64,000 nucleotides of DNA. Source: Mobula birostris (taxonomy: Eukaryota). The translations under genes were made by a program, and so were the position numbers. Below, piece by piece: positions 24,747-39,840 of the stretch (the stretch's first letter is position 1; every line of letters starts with the position of its first letter). The stretch is taken from NCBI RefSeq assembly GCF_030028105.1, contig NC_092387.1, forward strand, positions 19,353,590 to 19,417,589. The letters run 5' to 3'. The notes below the pieces were generated by a model. The model did not search any database, was not told the origin of the DNA, and worked only from the letters and a program-made list of their open reading frames with translations.

Positions 24747-24909
24747 CTGTGGCCCACAGATTTCCTCTGGGATTGAATTTAATCTTCGAAACATTGTTGG
24801 CTTCTGTAAGATCTAGACTGACCGCGGAGGACACGGACAAGTACGAAAACACAACCAGGTAAGCGAGGAAGCTGAGGTAACCCATCTCGCGGCTGCAGAG
24901 AGCTGTCAT
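24747..24909 (-). CDS. NMB: NMB copy B, coding exon 1
   Basis: Same protein as copy A exon 1, with one synonymous difference. Donor G|GTAAG. The spliced ORF is 135 aa. Confidence 0.93.
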
Positions 24910-25015
24910 TCTTGCCTCACACTCTGTCTCTCTCGTTGTCTTTCCTTTTCTCTCCCTGTGGGCAAAGCCTCTCGCGGTTTCCCGGGTTCTGTCTCGCCGC
25001 TTCATTGCTCTGTTC

Positions 25016-25053
25016 TTTTTATACTTTCCCGGGGACGATGGGCGGCGCCCAAT
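25016..25053 (-). promoter_or_regulatory. Core promoter of NMB copy B
   Basis: TATAAAAA at 25023-25016, plus GGGCGG and CCAAT as in copy A. Confidence 0.7.
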
Positions 25054-27577
25054 CGAATCCTCAGCACGGATGACTAATGTACTGAGGACCAGCTCTGGTC
25101 GGTGTTGGGACATCAGAGAGGGAACAAGTGAAATGTGTAGCGAGAAATGGTCGGGCTAATGAGGCAGAAGGGGAGTCTAGTGATCTCTAGGTGAAAATGT
25201 GAGTCTCGAGGCGCCGGTTAGACTAGAGACTCCTCTTCGCTTTATTTACTTTCAAATTCTCAACTTCTCGGTTATCTGCGATCGCCCAACTCTCGGAGGA
25301 GATGCGTTTGTGCCGGTGTGGGATGGAGCAAGAGCCGGCAACGTCTGCCTTCACGGCAGCTCAGAGACCCATTCGCCCCTCCAGCAGAGAGCTCAGGGCA
25401 GAAGGAAGTAATCCAGAATCACCTTGTGTTTGAGACCCTCTATCTCTCTACCACGTCTAAATATAGCGCGGCATCGTGCCAGAAGCGCTGCCCAGAGAGT
25501 AAATTATACACAATTACGTCCACTTTTCAACGAGAACAGAACTGTTTGTGTCAGTAGTTCCGATACAGCACTCACCATCCATACCTTCCGATCACGCTGA
25601 TCTCTGCACATTATTTCAAAATGCGTCTGTGTGGGCAAGTGAATCCTTAATATTACTTTAAAAGCCTCCACGATGCCTATTTTATTTGTTTTATACATCA
25701 ACCGAGGATGTAGTTCCCCAGATAATTTACATTCTCAATTTCCCGGTGACTCGCGTGAAATCCTTGTGAAACTGTCCCATTTATATCAACTGAGAAAGTA
25801 AACGCGGGGCTGGGTGGGGTGATGTTGTTCAGATTAACCATAGTTTACGCTAGATACTACTCACAGATCCCCGTGAAAGTTATATGGTTCGATTATATCT
25901 CTCTATCGTTTCCGTACCAGATCTGAGGTGTTTAACTTTTCCTTAAACTGTTAAATAGGTTAAAAATAAACGTGACGTCCTTGATAATATTAACTTTTCA
26001 GTTGTTCTATGATACGGCACAAGAGAGGTTGATAGGTTCAATGATTTGTGTTTGCAATCCTATTTCCCCCTCCGTTTTCAATTTTAACTTTCGAAGTGCT
26101 GTTTAAAATCTAATACCTTTGAAATCTCAAATCGACCCAAAGCTACCTGCAGCCAATGAAATGGTTCCAACATTAGACGCAGGTCGTCAATCAAAACGAG
26201 CTTTCGTTGCCCATTTCCGGTTTGCCTTTGAGAGGGCTCGGGAGGAGAGCCTCCTCCTTGAATCGCAAACGTCCATCTGGTGAAGGTGTTCCCACAGTGC
26301 TGTTGGGATGGGAAGTAGAGTACTTAGATCCAGCGAAAATCGGGACGGGAAATATATTTACACATCATGGAAGGACTTCGTTAAACTAGAAAGGCTATGT
26401 GAGAAGGTCCACGAGCACATTACCCAGGGAGACTGTTTAGACTGGGACAGTTTTCCCTGGAGCCACGGAGGCGGAGGAGTGACCTTATTGACCTTACAGA
26501 GGTTGCTGATGTGGGTCATGCAGGGTACTGCGATCACTCGAGCCGAGTACGATATTCTCCAAAAGGCTTGTCTATCGGTGCGTCCTCACGTTTACAATGG
26601 CATAGTATACTGGGGGCCCTTCACTGCTGTAGCCTTCCTCTGCCGTTGTGACGTGTCATCATCTCACGCTGCTCTACCGTTGAGGTCTTGGTTGGATCAC
26701 TATTTGTCCGGAACCTCTCTCTTGATTTTACCGCGATGGGTGACCCTACCCTGAGCTGAGCGCCAGATGGCTAAACTCCAGACGGTATCGCTGTCGGGAT
26801 GTCAGGAACTCAGAAGCCCCTCCTCCACTGTCTCCTCTAAGCTGCGCGGGTGCGCGGCCGCGCAGTAACTGAAATGCTCCCGCGCACATAGCCTTCGTTG
26901 CCGTGCAGCAGGAATTTTTTTTACTGTAATGTGCCACGAGAGGTTGATAGCTTCTTGGTTAGAAAAGGTGTCAAACGTTGTGGGACGAAGGCTGGAGAAT
27001 GGGGATAATAAACCAGCCATGGTGGAACCGAGGAACAGACTCATTTGGCCGAATGGCCTAATTCTTCCCCTATGATTTATGGTCTCATAAGATCATTCAT
27101 TCATTCATTCATTATGTGTCGTGTCATATGACGTGGGCGATCATGGTCCTGATCATGGTTGTTCTCAGCTAATTTTTCTTCCGACGTGGTTTGTCTTTGC
27201 CATCTTCTGGGCAGTGGTCTTTACAAGAGGGGTGACCCCAGCCATTATCAAAACACTTCAGAGATTGTCTGCTTGACTTGTGCTATGCACCAGCTGCTCA
27301 TATCACCAACCACCAGCTCTCATGACTTCATGTGACCCTGATGAGTGGGGGTGCTAAGCAGGTGTTATACGTTGCCCAAGGATGACCTGTAGGCTAGCGG
27401 AGGGAAGGAATGCCTTACTGTTAGTGAGTAAGAGAATGTCCTACCACCTGAAGTTTATTATCAGATGGAGGGACTTTCCACAGGGCAACGGCCATTGAAT
27501 TAAGGATTGAGACTGAGGTGAGAATGACCAGGAAGAAGGCACGGAAGTTCACTTCACCAAGGAATGAGGAATAAATG

Positions 27578-30292
27578 TGTAAAGTCTGCATTCAGTCCCC
27601 ATTGGAGAAAACCTGCTGATGGAATGTTAGTGAAAACATTTGTGATCCTTAAGCCTGGTTGGAAGACCTCTGCTTCATGGAGCCTTGTTGCTACTTGTTG
27701 GAGTAGTCTTTGTGGTATGGATTTGGCTGTTTCCTGGGCCAGCTGAGGTTGCTAGCTGAACTGAGACTCGGAGCTTCCCCGGAGCAGAGATGGAACAATC
27801 TGTCGTTCTTTGGTGTTTGTCTCTTCTTGTTCTTGTCATAAGGTGGGGTGGCTGGAGCGGACCCAAGTGCAAGACACAGACACTGAACTGGATACAGGGT
27901 GATGGCAAGGACATGCACAGGAAAACCAGGAACCTGGAACAGGACTGTACAAGAGAGCTAGGAGCCGGGGCTTGGACTCCGAGCCAGAGACTGGACAAGG
28001 ACCCAGTACCTGGGTCTTGCCTCTGGCTCGAACCCCAGAACTAGGCAAGGATGAGCCTTGGCAGGCAGGCAGGACGAGGCTAGAAGCTAGAGGCTAGATA
28101 CTTGGCTTGGCTTGGCTTGGCAAGAGGCTCGAGACTAGAGACTTGACTTGGTTTGGCAAGAGGCTAGGCACAAGGCTGGAGTCTTCAGGCTTGAGGCTAA
28201 GCAGGAGGCCGGAGTCTTCGGGCTTGAGGCTAAGCAGGAGGCTGGAGTCTTTGGGCTTGAGGCCTGGCAGGAGGCTGGAGTCTTCGGGCTTGAGGCCTGG
28301 CAGGAGGCTGGAGTCTTCGGGCTTGAGGCCTGGCAGGAGGCTGGAGCCTTCGGGCTTGAGGCCTGGCAGGAGGCTGGAGCCTTCGGGCTTGAGGCTTAGG
28401 CAGGAGGCTGGAGCCTTCGGGCTTGAGGCCTGGCAGGAGGTTGGAGCCTTCGGGCATGAGGCTTGGGCAGGAGGCTGGAGTCTTCGGGCTTGAGGCTGGG
28501 CAGGAGGCTGGAGTCTTCGGGCTTGAGGCCTGGCAGGAGGCTGGAGCCTTCGGGCTTGAGGCTGGGCAGGAGGCTGGAGTCTTCAGGCTTGAGGCTGGGC
28601 AGGAGGCTGGAGCCTTCGGGCTTGAGGCTTAGGCAGGAGGCTGGGCAGGAGGCTGGAGTGTTCAGGCTTGAGGCTAGGCAGGAGGCTGGAGCATTCGGGC
28701 TTGAGGCTTAGGCAGGAGGCTGGAGCCTTCGGGCTTGAGGCTGTGCAGGAGGATGGCGCCTTCAGGAGTGAGGCTTGAGGATGGAGCCTTCGGGCTTGAG
28801 ACGAGGCGAGGCTGGAGGCTGAAGGCAGGAGACTTGAGGCGAGGCTTGGAATCTCCTCCTGGGCAGGGCGCTGTACTCCTGGGCAGGGTGCGGATCTCCT
28901 GGGTGGGGTGTGGATCACCACCTGACAGAGGCAAGGGACAGGAAGGGACAGAACCAACCCCAGGTAACGGCAAGATGGCCTGGCTTACCTGGGTGGAGGG
29001 AAGGGACAGGAAGGGAGCTAGGTACAGGGTGGCTCCAGGACAAGACTGCAGGCGAGACGAGGCGAAAGTTACCAGCAAGACAAGGCAAGGCTTCTGGCAA
29101 AGCAAGGCGAGACGAGAACTTCAGGTGATGCAAGAGTTACCGGCAAGACAAGGCAGGGCTTCAGGCAGAGCAAGGGATACAAGGAGTAAGGACAAGAACA
29201 ATCCAGCAGCCACACCGGGTCTCTGAAGGTATTTATGCAGCCAGCCCCAACTAGCATCAGCTGCCTCAATTAGAGCTAAACAAGAACAGAAACAGGGTAG
29301 ACAGGAAAACCTGGAGCAAGGGTCGATGGACCAGTCCATGAACTGGAATATGGACTTCATGGACCGGACCGTGGCAGTTCTCTCCTCTGTGGGGTAAGCC
29401 AGGCTGTTTTGCTGTTGCCCTGCGGGGATCTGTCTTGTCTTGTCCTGGTCTCTGTGGGGTAAATCAGGCCGTTTTGCCATTGCCCTGCGGGGGGTATCTG
29501 TCTTCTCTTGTCCTTGCCTCTGTTGGGTAAGTCCGGCTGTTCTGCCATTACCTGACAGAGAGACCTGTCCCAGCTTGGTGTGGAGATGAAGTTGAGTCCC
29601 GGCTTGTCTTTGGATAAGTCCTTGCTCTATGTCTATGCTCTGTCCTGTCTCATGTTAGTGTCATGTTAAAGATGAGTCCCAGCTTGTCGAAGGATAAGTC
29701 TGGGCACTATGTTGATGTTCAGTTCCCAGTCTGTGTCTTGAGATCCAAGAACCCTAGCCCCGACGATCCCACAGCCAAGCTCCAAGAACCCAAGCCTCGA
29801 GGATCCCAAGCCAAGCTCCAAGAATCCAAGCCTGGAGGGTCCCAAGCCAAGCTCCAAGAACCCAAGCTTCGAGGATCCCAAGCCAAGCTCAAGAACCAAG
29901 ACCCCAGCCTGCAGCCACATTCAAGACCCAAGACCCCAGCCTGCAGCCAAGCTCAAGACCCAAGACCCCAGCCTGCAGCCAAGTTCAGGCCTCTAGTCCC
30001 CAGCCATGTCCTGTCCTGAAGCTATGTCATGCCCTTGCCTGGTTCTGGGGTCCGAGCCTGAGGCAAGACCCAGGTTCTGGGTCCTTGTCCAGTCTCGGGC
30101 TCGGAGTCCAAGCCTTGTCTCCTAGTCCATGGTCTCTAGACCTGGTCCCGCTTTCCCTAGCCCAAGTCTGCATTCTTGTCCCCGCTCTTTGCCTGATTCC
30201 TGTCACGTCCCTACTCTAGTCAAGTCCTGTTCCTTATACTTCAGTGTTTGTGTCTCGCAATTAGGTCCGTTCCCAGCACTCCCACTGTGATA
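27578..30292 (+). mobile_element. Outer LTR-like element (duplicate of 3389-6103)
   Basis: Near-identical at offset 24189. Confidence 0.55.
27834..29376 (-). mobile_element. Nested solo LTR with GTTCT TSD (duplicate of 3645-5187)
   Basis: Same termini and TSD. Contains the 33-bp minisatellite at ~28174-28799. Confidence 0.75.
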
Positions 30293-33200
30293 AAACAGGA
30301 CTTTTCAGAAGGAATAAGCTGGGTGGAATACTAGAAATAAATTGAAAAACACAGCAAGTTGAGATTAGGATGAACTGTACGATTGTTTCAACAAGGAAAA
30401 ATGGTGTAGTGTAGATCAACCCCTGAAACATATAAAGTTCCCAGGAGTACTGACAAAATTGATGGTGAAGGGGATATTTCTCCTGGTGGGGCTATTATAA
30501 ACTTGATGTGAGGGCACAATTACAGAATAATGGGTTGCCCAATGAAAAAAGAGATCAACTTGTCTCAGAAGGTCACAATTCTCTTGAATTCTTTACCCCA
30601 AAGAGCCGTGAAGGCAAAGTCATTAAATAAACTCAAAAACCAGATATGAACAGATATATCAGCTTCAAAGCCAAGAAGAGATATAGGGGCCAAGCAGGAT
30701 GATGGTGTCGAGGACAGGATTAGATCAGTCATCATCTTACTGAGTGCTGCGGCAGGATGAAGGGGGTGGTGGTCTTCTTCTGTTTCTGACATCAGTTTTG
30801 GAAGTGGTGAGGGAGGGGCTGGAGCTGGGTGACTCTGCAGGGAATTAACTTCTGACCTTCTACAGACGCGGACTGGAGAGTATTCTGACTGGTTGCATCA
30901 TGGCCTGGTATGGAAACACCATTGCCCATAAGCAGAAAAGCAGTGGATGCAGCCCAATCCATCACAGGAAAAGCCCTCCCCACCACTGAGCACAGTTGCA
31001 GCTGGCAATTCCACAGGAAAGCAGCATCCATCATCCAAGACCCCCATGATCCACGCTGTGCTCTCTTCTTGTTGCTGCCATTGGGAAGGAGCCTCAGGAC
31101 CCACACCACCAGGTTCAGGGACAGTTACTCCTGCTCAACCATCGGGCTCCTGAACAGGCATAGACAACCTCGCTCACCTCAACTCTGAACTGATCTCACA
31201 AACTATCCACTTATTTTCAATGACTCTACAAATCATGTTCTCAATATTATTTATTTATGTGTTTGTTCGTTTATTTGTTTATCTTGTATTTGCACTGTTT
31301 GTTTACCTCTGCACTTTGGTTATTTGTCTGTCTTTCTTTGTGCATAGTTTTTCATTAATTAACCCAGTTGTGTTTCTTTGTATCCACTGTGAATGCCTGC
31401 AACACAATGAATCTTGGTTGTGGCATGTAAGTACTTCGATAATAAATTTACTTTGAACTTTGCTATCTGAAAGACTGAAGTGATTGATGATGCCAGTCAG
31501 CACTGGGTAATACAATAGGTGGGTGATGTCCCAGCAGGGGATGGCTTGTGGAAGGATGTAGGTTGGAGGCTGGTGGGAACATGAAAGAAAGAATTAGATA
31601 TGGAATTAAGAGACAGCAGAGCTGGTGTCAGGTGTTATAGATAAGAATGATCAACAACTGAGTGGAGAGATATTTTCTTTGGTGCACAAGAGGATGATGG
31701 GATTGTTTGTACCCTTAGCATGAGACTAAACTCTGGATGACAGAGAGAAATACCACATAATACTGTAACCCTCTCACCAGGGCCCATGCACATTTGGCTT
31801 GTTAGCCAACTCTGCTAAAAGCTCTGTGGCTCAGCAGTGAGAAGGCCACCTTTGACAAACTATGTACGGGTCTGGGTTTGGTACGATTTGGGGTTCAACC
31901 AAGCAGGAATATCATGATGGATCAATAAATGGAACCACGTTTTGAGAAAATGCTGTGTAAAGAAAATAAATTAAGATGGTCCATTATAGTTAAAACAGTC
32001 CAATGTGCACACAAACTTTGGAGATCATACCGGAGTAGTCAGGGTGTATTTCTTACTCAAGCGCTGGACCCACTGTCTGCCTGAAGGAACCTGCCACATT
32101 CTGAACTCCCCTTGAAGACCATCTCGAAAGAATTGGCTCTCACAAGAGGATTGGCCCTTCCTGCTTGGAGCCATTCATCTGCACAAAGCGCTTCTTGCAA
32201 CAGGGACTCTCCTTCCAATGGCATTCAGTGGCATCTTCCCCTGTGCCCCTCTCTGCAGCTCACGCCAAACACCCCAAATCAGACTATTGTCCTTCAGAAA
32301 ACTCTTCCACATGGCTCCCTAGAACCAGGATTCTGAATGGCTGACACACATTCCTAACTTGGACAACGTGGTTTGTTTTCTTTAGCCAAAGCTATAACAC
32401 TCTTTCCAGCATAACACACTGCTTTTAAACGGCTAATATAAAGTACATCACTGCATTGCAGTAGAAATCTTAACTGGGGCATTACAATTCTGTAAACAAA
32501 TATGTAGTTTATTGTGAGATCCTTTCCTGTCACACCTGTATTCTGTTGTCGAAGTTCTTGTAACATTTGTCATACCTAGAGATTATGCTAAGAGTACAAT
32601 AGCAAGGCCTACTTCTATGACATTCGAAATGTAATGTTGGAAATTTGTGATTCAGCTTTTCCACCACTTAGAGGTAAATTGCCTTTTCTGCCTGCTGCAA
32701 AAAAAATGTGACTAAATGTTGAACAAAGATTGCAGATATTCCCTATTGATCTTGGGAGTGACAAATGCACTTCACTTTTAATTCAGAAAGTCTGTGCTTA
32801 TGCAATTCCAAAGGTATAATGACAAAAATCTACTTTGACACCCTAGTGCTATGCTGAGGCACCGTGACACTGCCAGAGGTGCTGCCTTTCAGCTAAAACA
32901 CTTATCAATGGTAACTGAACATGGAAGAACCCATAACACTATTTGAAAATGAGCTGGAAGATTTTCCTCAGTGTCCACTCTCCATTGGATGCTGGGAAAT
33001 TCAGGTGTTCTGTGATTATGAACATCATGCCACAGATGCAAATTCTTTGTTTTAATCTTTCAGCTTATGAATGAATTATGTGGAACACAAATGAGTTGCA
33101 ACTTAATTCCAGTTGCTCATAACTAATATAATTTATTCACATTGTTATCCTGTGCCTAGTAAATATGATCCTGGTAAGGTAGGTACTCAATTGTTGGGGT

Positions 33201-36200
33201 CTTATATGGAACAGGTGCAGGTGGACAATCTCTGATAATGGCTAGGGTCACCCGTCTTGTAAAGACACTGCCCAGAAGAAGGCAGTGGCGAACCACTTCT
33301 GGAGAAAAGTTTGCCAAGCACAATCATGATCATGGGGCAATGATCACCCTTGTCATCTGACATGGTGCATGATGAATGTAAGATGATGATGCAGGCTATT
33401 AAAACCCTTGAACCTGGTCAACTGCTCAATTAGATCCGAACCTCAGTTCCATTCACTAGCTTCTTCCTGCACCAGGGGACATTCGACGTTGTTCAATTAA
33501 CCAAAAACCTACATGCCTTTGAGTTGCCGGATAACATTGGGGCACACGGTCTCAACCCACACAGAGACAGGGAGAATGTGGAAGCTAACAGCCCTGGAGG
33601 TCAGGATTGAACCCGTCATCTCTGGTGCTGTGCGATAGCACCTCTGCACCTCTGTGTCATTCATTCATCAAGTGCCGTGTCGTATGACGGAGATAATCAA
33701 GGTCTTGACCATGATTGTTGTTCAAAATTTTTTCTACAGAAGTGATTTGCCATTACCTTCTTCTGGAGAGTGTCTTTACAAGATGGCTGACCCCAACCAT
33801 CAGCAATACTCTTCAGTGATTGTCTGCCTGGCATCAGTGATCACATAACCAGGACTTGTAATGTACACCAGCTGCTCATACAACCATCCAGCACCTGTTT
33901 CTGTGGCTTCACCTGACCCTGATCGAGAGTGTAAGCAGGTGCTACCCCTTGCCCAAGGGTGACCCGCAGGCTGGCAGAGGGAAGGAGCAGCTTATCACCC
34001 GTCCTTTGATAGAGACAGATCTCCACCCCAGCACCCAGTCTCTGTGTCACCTTCTCATTATTTTCAACCTTGAATCTGTGACTTCTTTGTCTTCTGAATT
34101 ATGGAGACTACAAGCTTATCTGTCCTCATGTTTATAATCTTAGCGTCAATTTGAAATCTGTCTTGCGCCTTTTTCACGATTAATACTTTATTTTCAGAAT
34201 GTGGTGCCCAGAACCAATCTCAATTCAAACTGCATTTTGCACCAAATCTTAACATATCATCCTCTTGTGGTTTAGGAGATTTTTCCAAACAAAATAAAAA
34301 CAGTATATGCGTGCCAACTCCTCTGTAAATATCAGATGAGAAGGAAAAGACATGAGAGACTGCTGAACAAGGAACAGAATCCTGGAATAACTCCTGATGC
34401 AGGGTCTCGAATCGAATCATGGACATACTCCACCTTCTCCACAGACGCTGCTTAACCTACTGAGTGTTTCCAATGTTCAGCTTATGTTTGTATCAAACTC
34501 AAAGGAATCTCTCTAGAATTGTGAGATTTATTCTGAAAACACATGGAGGACAAACACGAGAATATCTGTAGATGCTGGAAATCCAAAGCAAAACACATAT
34601 AAAAGGCTAGAGGAACACACACAAAAGGCTATAGGTAATCCAAAATTTATCAATGCTCATTTTTAATATATCCAATGACTTGGCCTCCACAGCCACCTGT
34701 GGCAATGAATTCCACACATTCACTAGCCTCTAACTGAAGAAATTCCTCTTTACCTCTGTTCTAAACGGACATCCTTGTATTCTGAGGCTGCGCCCTCTGG
34801 TTCTAGACTCTCCCACTATTGGAAACACGCTCTTTATGTCCACTATCTAGGCCTTTCAATATTCAGTAGGTGGGTAGGTTTTGGTGGAAAGAGAAACCAG
34901 TTCAGATGAAGAGTCATGATCCAAAATGTTACTGGTCCTCTTCTTTCCACAGATGCTGCCTAACCCATTGAATTCCTCCGGCATCTTGTTGGTTCCTCCA
35001 TATTCCAGCATCTGCAGTCTCTTGTGCCTTTATCCAATAAATACTTTGGGACAATAACAATGTTCTCTCTACTTTTTTGAGCCAACCTTTGCTCTGAGCA
35101 AGAACTTTTTACACAGCCTGAAAACTGTGCAACACTTTAATAAAACAGTATAAAAGAAAATTCCAGCTGCTAACCAACAAAGGCTACATATGCAGGCACA
35201 TTTCTGTTACACCCACTCAGCTTAGATGAAACAGTGGTTAATAACCCTTCCTGAGAACGGGGGAAGCTCAGAGATGGTTGTACTCAAGGATGAAGCCACC
35301 TGCCCTGGACATCAGAGATGCTAAGTGATGCCAAGTCCACCACATTGACTCACTCAGTATGACCCGTTGCATGGGGAACATCATTTCTCTACTTGTTATC
35401 CCAGGATTTGTATTGACATTTGAATTTTCAGGCTTTGGTTCCACATGAAAGACTGGGCACTTCACATGTTTCTATAACAGATGTCCACATCTTTGAATAC
35501 TACCACCTGCATCTTTCTTCAAGTGTTCAAGGAGGTAGAAAGTTGCATGAGTCAGATTTGTTCCTTCAACTCATATTTCAAGAACCAACTGATGCAGCTC
35601 AGCTCTTTCCCTTCATTCCCATTCACTGCATTCAGCAGTCCCAATATCCCATAACGTACACGCACTCAAGGAAGAGAGAAATATCTACTGCTCTTTAATG
35701 TTGTATTTTATATTGAGTTTGATTTACAGGGTTCCTTTACATTTTTGTAGCGGGGTTTGTAGTGGGGATAAACTCCCACTTCCTAGTAAATGCTCCCAAT
35801 GGCAGGCATCTAAAGTAGCCTCTGACAACCAAGTCCAGCTCCTGGCCTTCACGTGTGCTTAGTTACTGAGCCTGACAGAACCGTTTCTACTGACAGGAGA
35901 AGGGGCAAAGTGGGGTTACTGTTGCCTTAAACCAGTCACTTTGAGCAGATGGGGCTTATCAGCCATGGTTGGCAACTCACCCAGGAGAAAGGAAACTCTG
36001 ATGTTAAACCTCTGCTGCCTTGCGACTGTACCCACTCATGGGGACGGCTTTGGGACTAATCCCTGAGGAACAGTCCGGGGCTGGATTCCCTAAGGCAGTC
36101 CTACATTGAGTTCAATGCTGACTGGCAACTCCTGTGATGCTGATGGTGCCAAACTGTATCAGTCTCTGCTGTACCTGTGGTCCCATCAGATGCGTGGAGA

Positions 36201-36523
36201 GAGGGAGCCTGTTTCAGGGCAGCAGCTTCCTGTCCTTGTTGTACTGCCCTGGGCTTATGTATCATGTAGATAGATGGGATGCAACATCCGTGGTCGACCT
36301 TGACCAACGGAGACCAAGATTGAGTTGTAGGTATTGCTGTGTTATTCCTGACAATTGATTAGACAAGGATCATTCATTAGAGTCATGTATCTGCCAGTAG
36401 TACATAGACTGGATTGAGATCTTCAGCCCACAATGTCTGTTACAACCGTGATACCAATCAAAACCAATCCCCCTTACCTGCACATTGTCTATATCTCCCA
36501 CCCTCTGCCTGTTCATACATCCT

Positions 36524-38551
36524 GTACTTGATCTGGTATTGGGAAATGAACCTGGTCAGGTGTCAGATCTCTCAGTGGGAGAGCATTTTGGAGATGGTGA
36601 TCACAATTCTATCTCCTTTACCATAGCATTGGAGAGGGATAGGAACAGGCAAGTTTGGAAAGTGTTTAATTAGAGTAAGGGGAAATATGAGTCTATCAGG
36701 CAGGAACTTGGAAGCATAAATTGGGAACTGATGTTCTCAAGGAAATGTACCGCAGAAATGTGGCAAACCTTCAGGGGATGTTTGCGTGGAGTTCTGTATA
36801 GGTGCGTTCCAATGAGACAGGAAAAGGATGGTAGGGTACAGGAAGCGTGGTGTACAAAGGCTGTTGTAAATCTAGTCAAGAAGAAAAGAAGAGCTTAAAA
36901 AAGATTCAAAAAACTAGGTAATGATAGAGATCTAGAAGATCATAAGGCTAGCAGGAAGGAACTTAAGAATGAAATTGGGAGAGTCAGAAGGGGCCATGAA
37001 AAGGCTTTGGCAGAGAGGATTAAGGAAAACCCCAAGGCATTCTACAAGTATGTGAAGAGCAAAAAGATATGACGTGAGAGAATAGGACCAATCAAGTGTG
37101 ACAGTGGGGACGTGTGTATGGAACTGGAGGAGATAGCAGAGGTAATTAATGAATACTTTGCTTCAGTATTCACTACCGAAAAGGATCTTGGCGATTGCAG
37201 GGGTGACTTACAGTGGACTGAAAAGCTTGAGCATATAGATATTAAGAAAGAGGATGTGCTGGAACTTTTGGAAAGCATCAAATTGGAGAAATCACCGGGA
37301 CCAGATGAGATGTAACCCAGGCTACTGTGGGAGGTGGGTGAGGAGATTGCTGAGCCTCTGGCAATGACCTTTGCATCATCAATGAAGGCGGGAGAGGTTC
37401 TGGAGGATTGAAGGGTTGCAGATGTTGTTCCCTTATTCAAGAAAGGGAGTAGTGGTAGCCCAGGAAATTATAGACCAGTGATTCTTACTTCAGTGGTTGG
37501 TAAGTTGAAGGAAAAGATCCTGAGAGACAGGATTTATGAACATTTGGAGAGGCATAATATGATTAGAAACAGTCAGCATGGCTTTGTCAAATGCAGGTTG
37601 TGCCTTACGAACCTGATTGAATTTTTTGAGAATGTGAGTAAACATATTGATGAAGTTAGAGCAGTAGATGTAGTGTATACGGATTTCAGCAAGGCATTTG
37701 ATAAAGTACCCCATGCCAGGCTTATTGAGAAAGTAACGAGGCATAGGATCCCAGGGGACATTGCTTCATGGATTCAGAATTGGCTTGCCCACAGAAAACA
37801 AAGAGTAGATGGGTCATATTCTGCATGGAGATTGATGACCAGTGGTGTGCCTCAGTGATCTGTTCTGGGACCCCTCATTTCGTGATTCTTATAAGTGTCT
37901 TGGATGAGGAAGTGGAGGGATAGGTTAGCAAATCTGCTGATGACACAAAGGGTGGGGGTGTTGTGGATAGTGTGGAGGGCTGTCAGAGATTACAGCGGGA
38001 CATCAATAGCATGCAAAACTGGGCTGAGAAGTGGCAGATGGAGCTCAACCCATATAAGTGTGAGGTGGTTCATTTTGGTAGGTCAAATATGATGGAAGAA
38101 TATAGTATTAATGATAAACCTCCTTGGCAGTGTGGAGGATCAGAGGGATATTGGGGTCTGAGTCCATAGGACACTCAAAGCTGCTATGCAGGTTGACTCT
38201 GTGTTTAAGAAGGCGTGTGGTGTATTGGCCTTCATCAAATGTGGGATTGAGTTTAGGAGCCAAGAGGTAATGTTGCAGCTATATAGGACCCTGGTCAGAC
38301 CCCACTTGGAGTACTGTACTCAGTTCTAGTAGCCTCACTACAGGAAGGATGTGGAAACCATAGAAAGGGTGCAGAGGAGATTTACAAGGATACAATAGGG
38401 TCGTTTTAGAGACTCCTGGATAGGTACATGCAGCTTAGAAAAATAGAGAGCTATAGGTAACACGAGGTAATTTCTAAAGTTATGACCAGTTCAGCACAGC
38501 ATTCTGGGATGAATGACCTGTATTGTGCAGTAGGTTTGCTATGTTTCTATC
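36524..38551 (+). mobile_element. Decayed CR1 LINE (duplicate)
   Basis: RT fragments, e.g. ORF 37478-37858 with DFSKAFDKVPH..GVPQ. Confidence 0.92.
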
Positions 38552-38557
38552 TGTTGA

Positions 38558-39105
38558 TGCACATTTGGTGGCTACTTTATTAGTTACACCTATACACCTG
38601 CTCATTAATGCAAATATCTATTTAGTCAATCCCGTGGCAGCAACTCGATGCATGAAAGCATGCAGACATGGTCAAGAAGTTCAGTTGTTGTTCAGACCAA
38701 ATGTCAGAATGGAGATGAAATGTGATCTCAGTGACTTTGACTGTGAAATATTTTGTTGGTGCCAGATGGGAAGGTTTGAGTGTCTGAAAAACTGCAGATC
38801 TCCTAGGATTTTCATGCACAACAGTTTGGAGAGTCTACAGAGGATTGTGCAAAAAGAAAAACAGAAAGATTCCAGTGATAGTCAGTTCTGTGGGTGAAAA
38901 TGCCTTGTTAATGAGAGAGGTCAGTGGTGAATGGTCCGATTGCTTCAAGCTGACAGGAAGGCAAAAGTATATCAAATAACCACACATTGCAACAGGGACG
39001 TGCTGAAGAATATCTCGGAATGCAAAATGTGCCGAGCCTGAAATGGATGAACGACAGCGGCAGACCACACACATACACTCACTGGCCACTCTTTTAGATA
39101 CAGGA
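38558..39105 (+). mobile_element. Tc1/mariner remnant (duplicate)
   Basis: Colinear with 14415-14960. Confidence 0.62.
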
Positions 39106-39547
39106 GGCACTGTGTGTATAGAATGGCTTGCCGTACGACTCCCATGAGGCAGGTGGTTATAATGGGTGCTGCAGTAGGTTGTTCTGTGGGATATTCTGGC
39201 TGTGCTGATATTCTTCAATCACGCATACACAAAATGAGAAGCTGGGAAGAAGTCAAAGCTTGTATGAGCAATACTTCTGCAAATCTGTTGCACTAACGTG
39301 ATAGTGTTACTGCTGTTTATTTTGTTGTGTAAATTATGTATAATTTATATTCATTTAATTATTTTGGAAGTGATGTTCAATAATTCTGTATTGTACTGTG
39401 CTACTGCTGCTGCAAAGAGCTAATTGTCATGGCAATTATATCCTGGGTATGTATGCCCATGAAAATATATTTGAACTTGAACTTTAGTCTATGTATGTAT
39501 CATGTATAGAAATCACACTGTAATCAGACCCACACATTATTGAATAT

Positions 39548-39840
39548 TACCCGCTAGTGGCGTAGTGGCATCAGCGCTGGACTTAGGGGCGAGAGGTCCC
39601 GAGTTCGAATCCGGCCGGGTCCCTTGCACGCTCTCCATCCGTGCTGGGTTGACTGTCAATCTAACAACACGACTTCGTAAAAAAAAACCTGGAGAGGTAT
39701 GGGCTCCTCCAGGATTCAGATGCCCAAGACAATGAGCATACCAAAAAAGATCCGTGCAAAAAGCTTGTCGTCACGGCTCCCCGATGACTCCACCAGGAGT
39801 TAAGGGCCCACGCTCTCGCACACAGACCGACACACACACA
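39548..39840 (+). mobile_element. tRNA-derived SINE (duplicate)
   Basis: A and B boxes. 17-bp direct repeat CACACATTATTGAATAT at 39531-39547 and 39841-39857. Confidence 0.8.

Noticed and set aside
24747-24909. Assignment as GRP or bombesin
   Set aside because: The peptide is GNLWATGHFM (NMB). GRP is GNHWAVGHLM and bombesin ends WAVGHLM.
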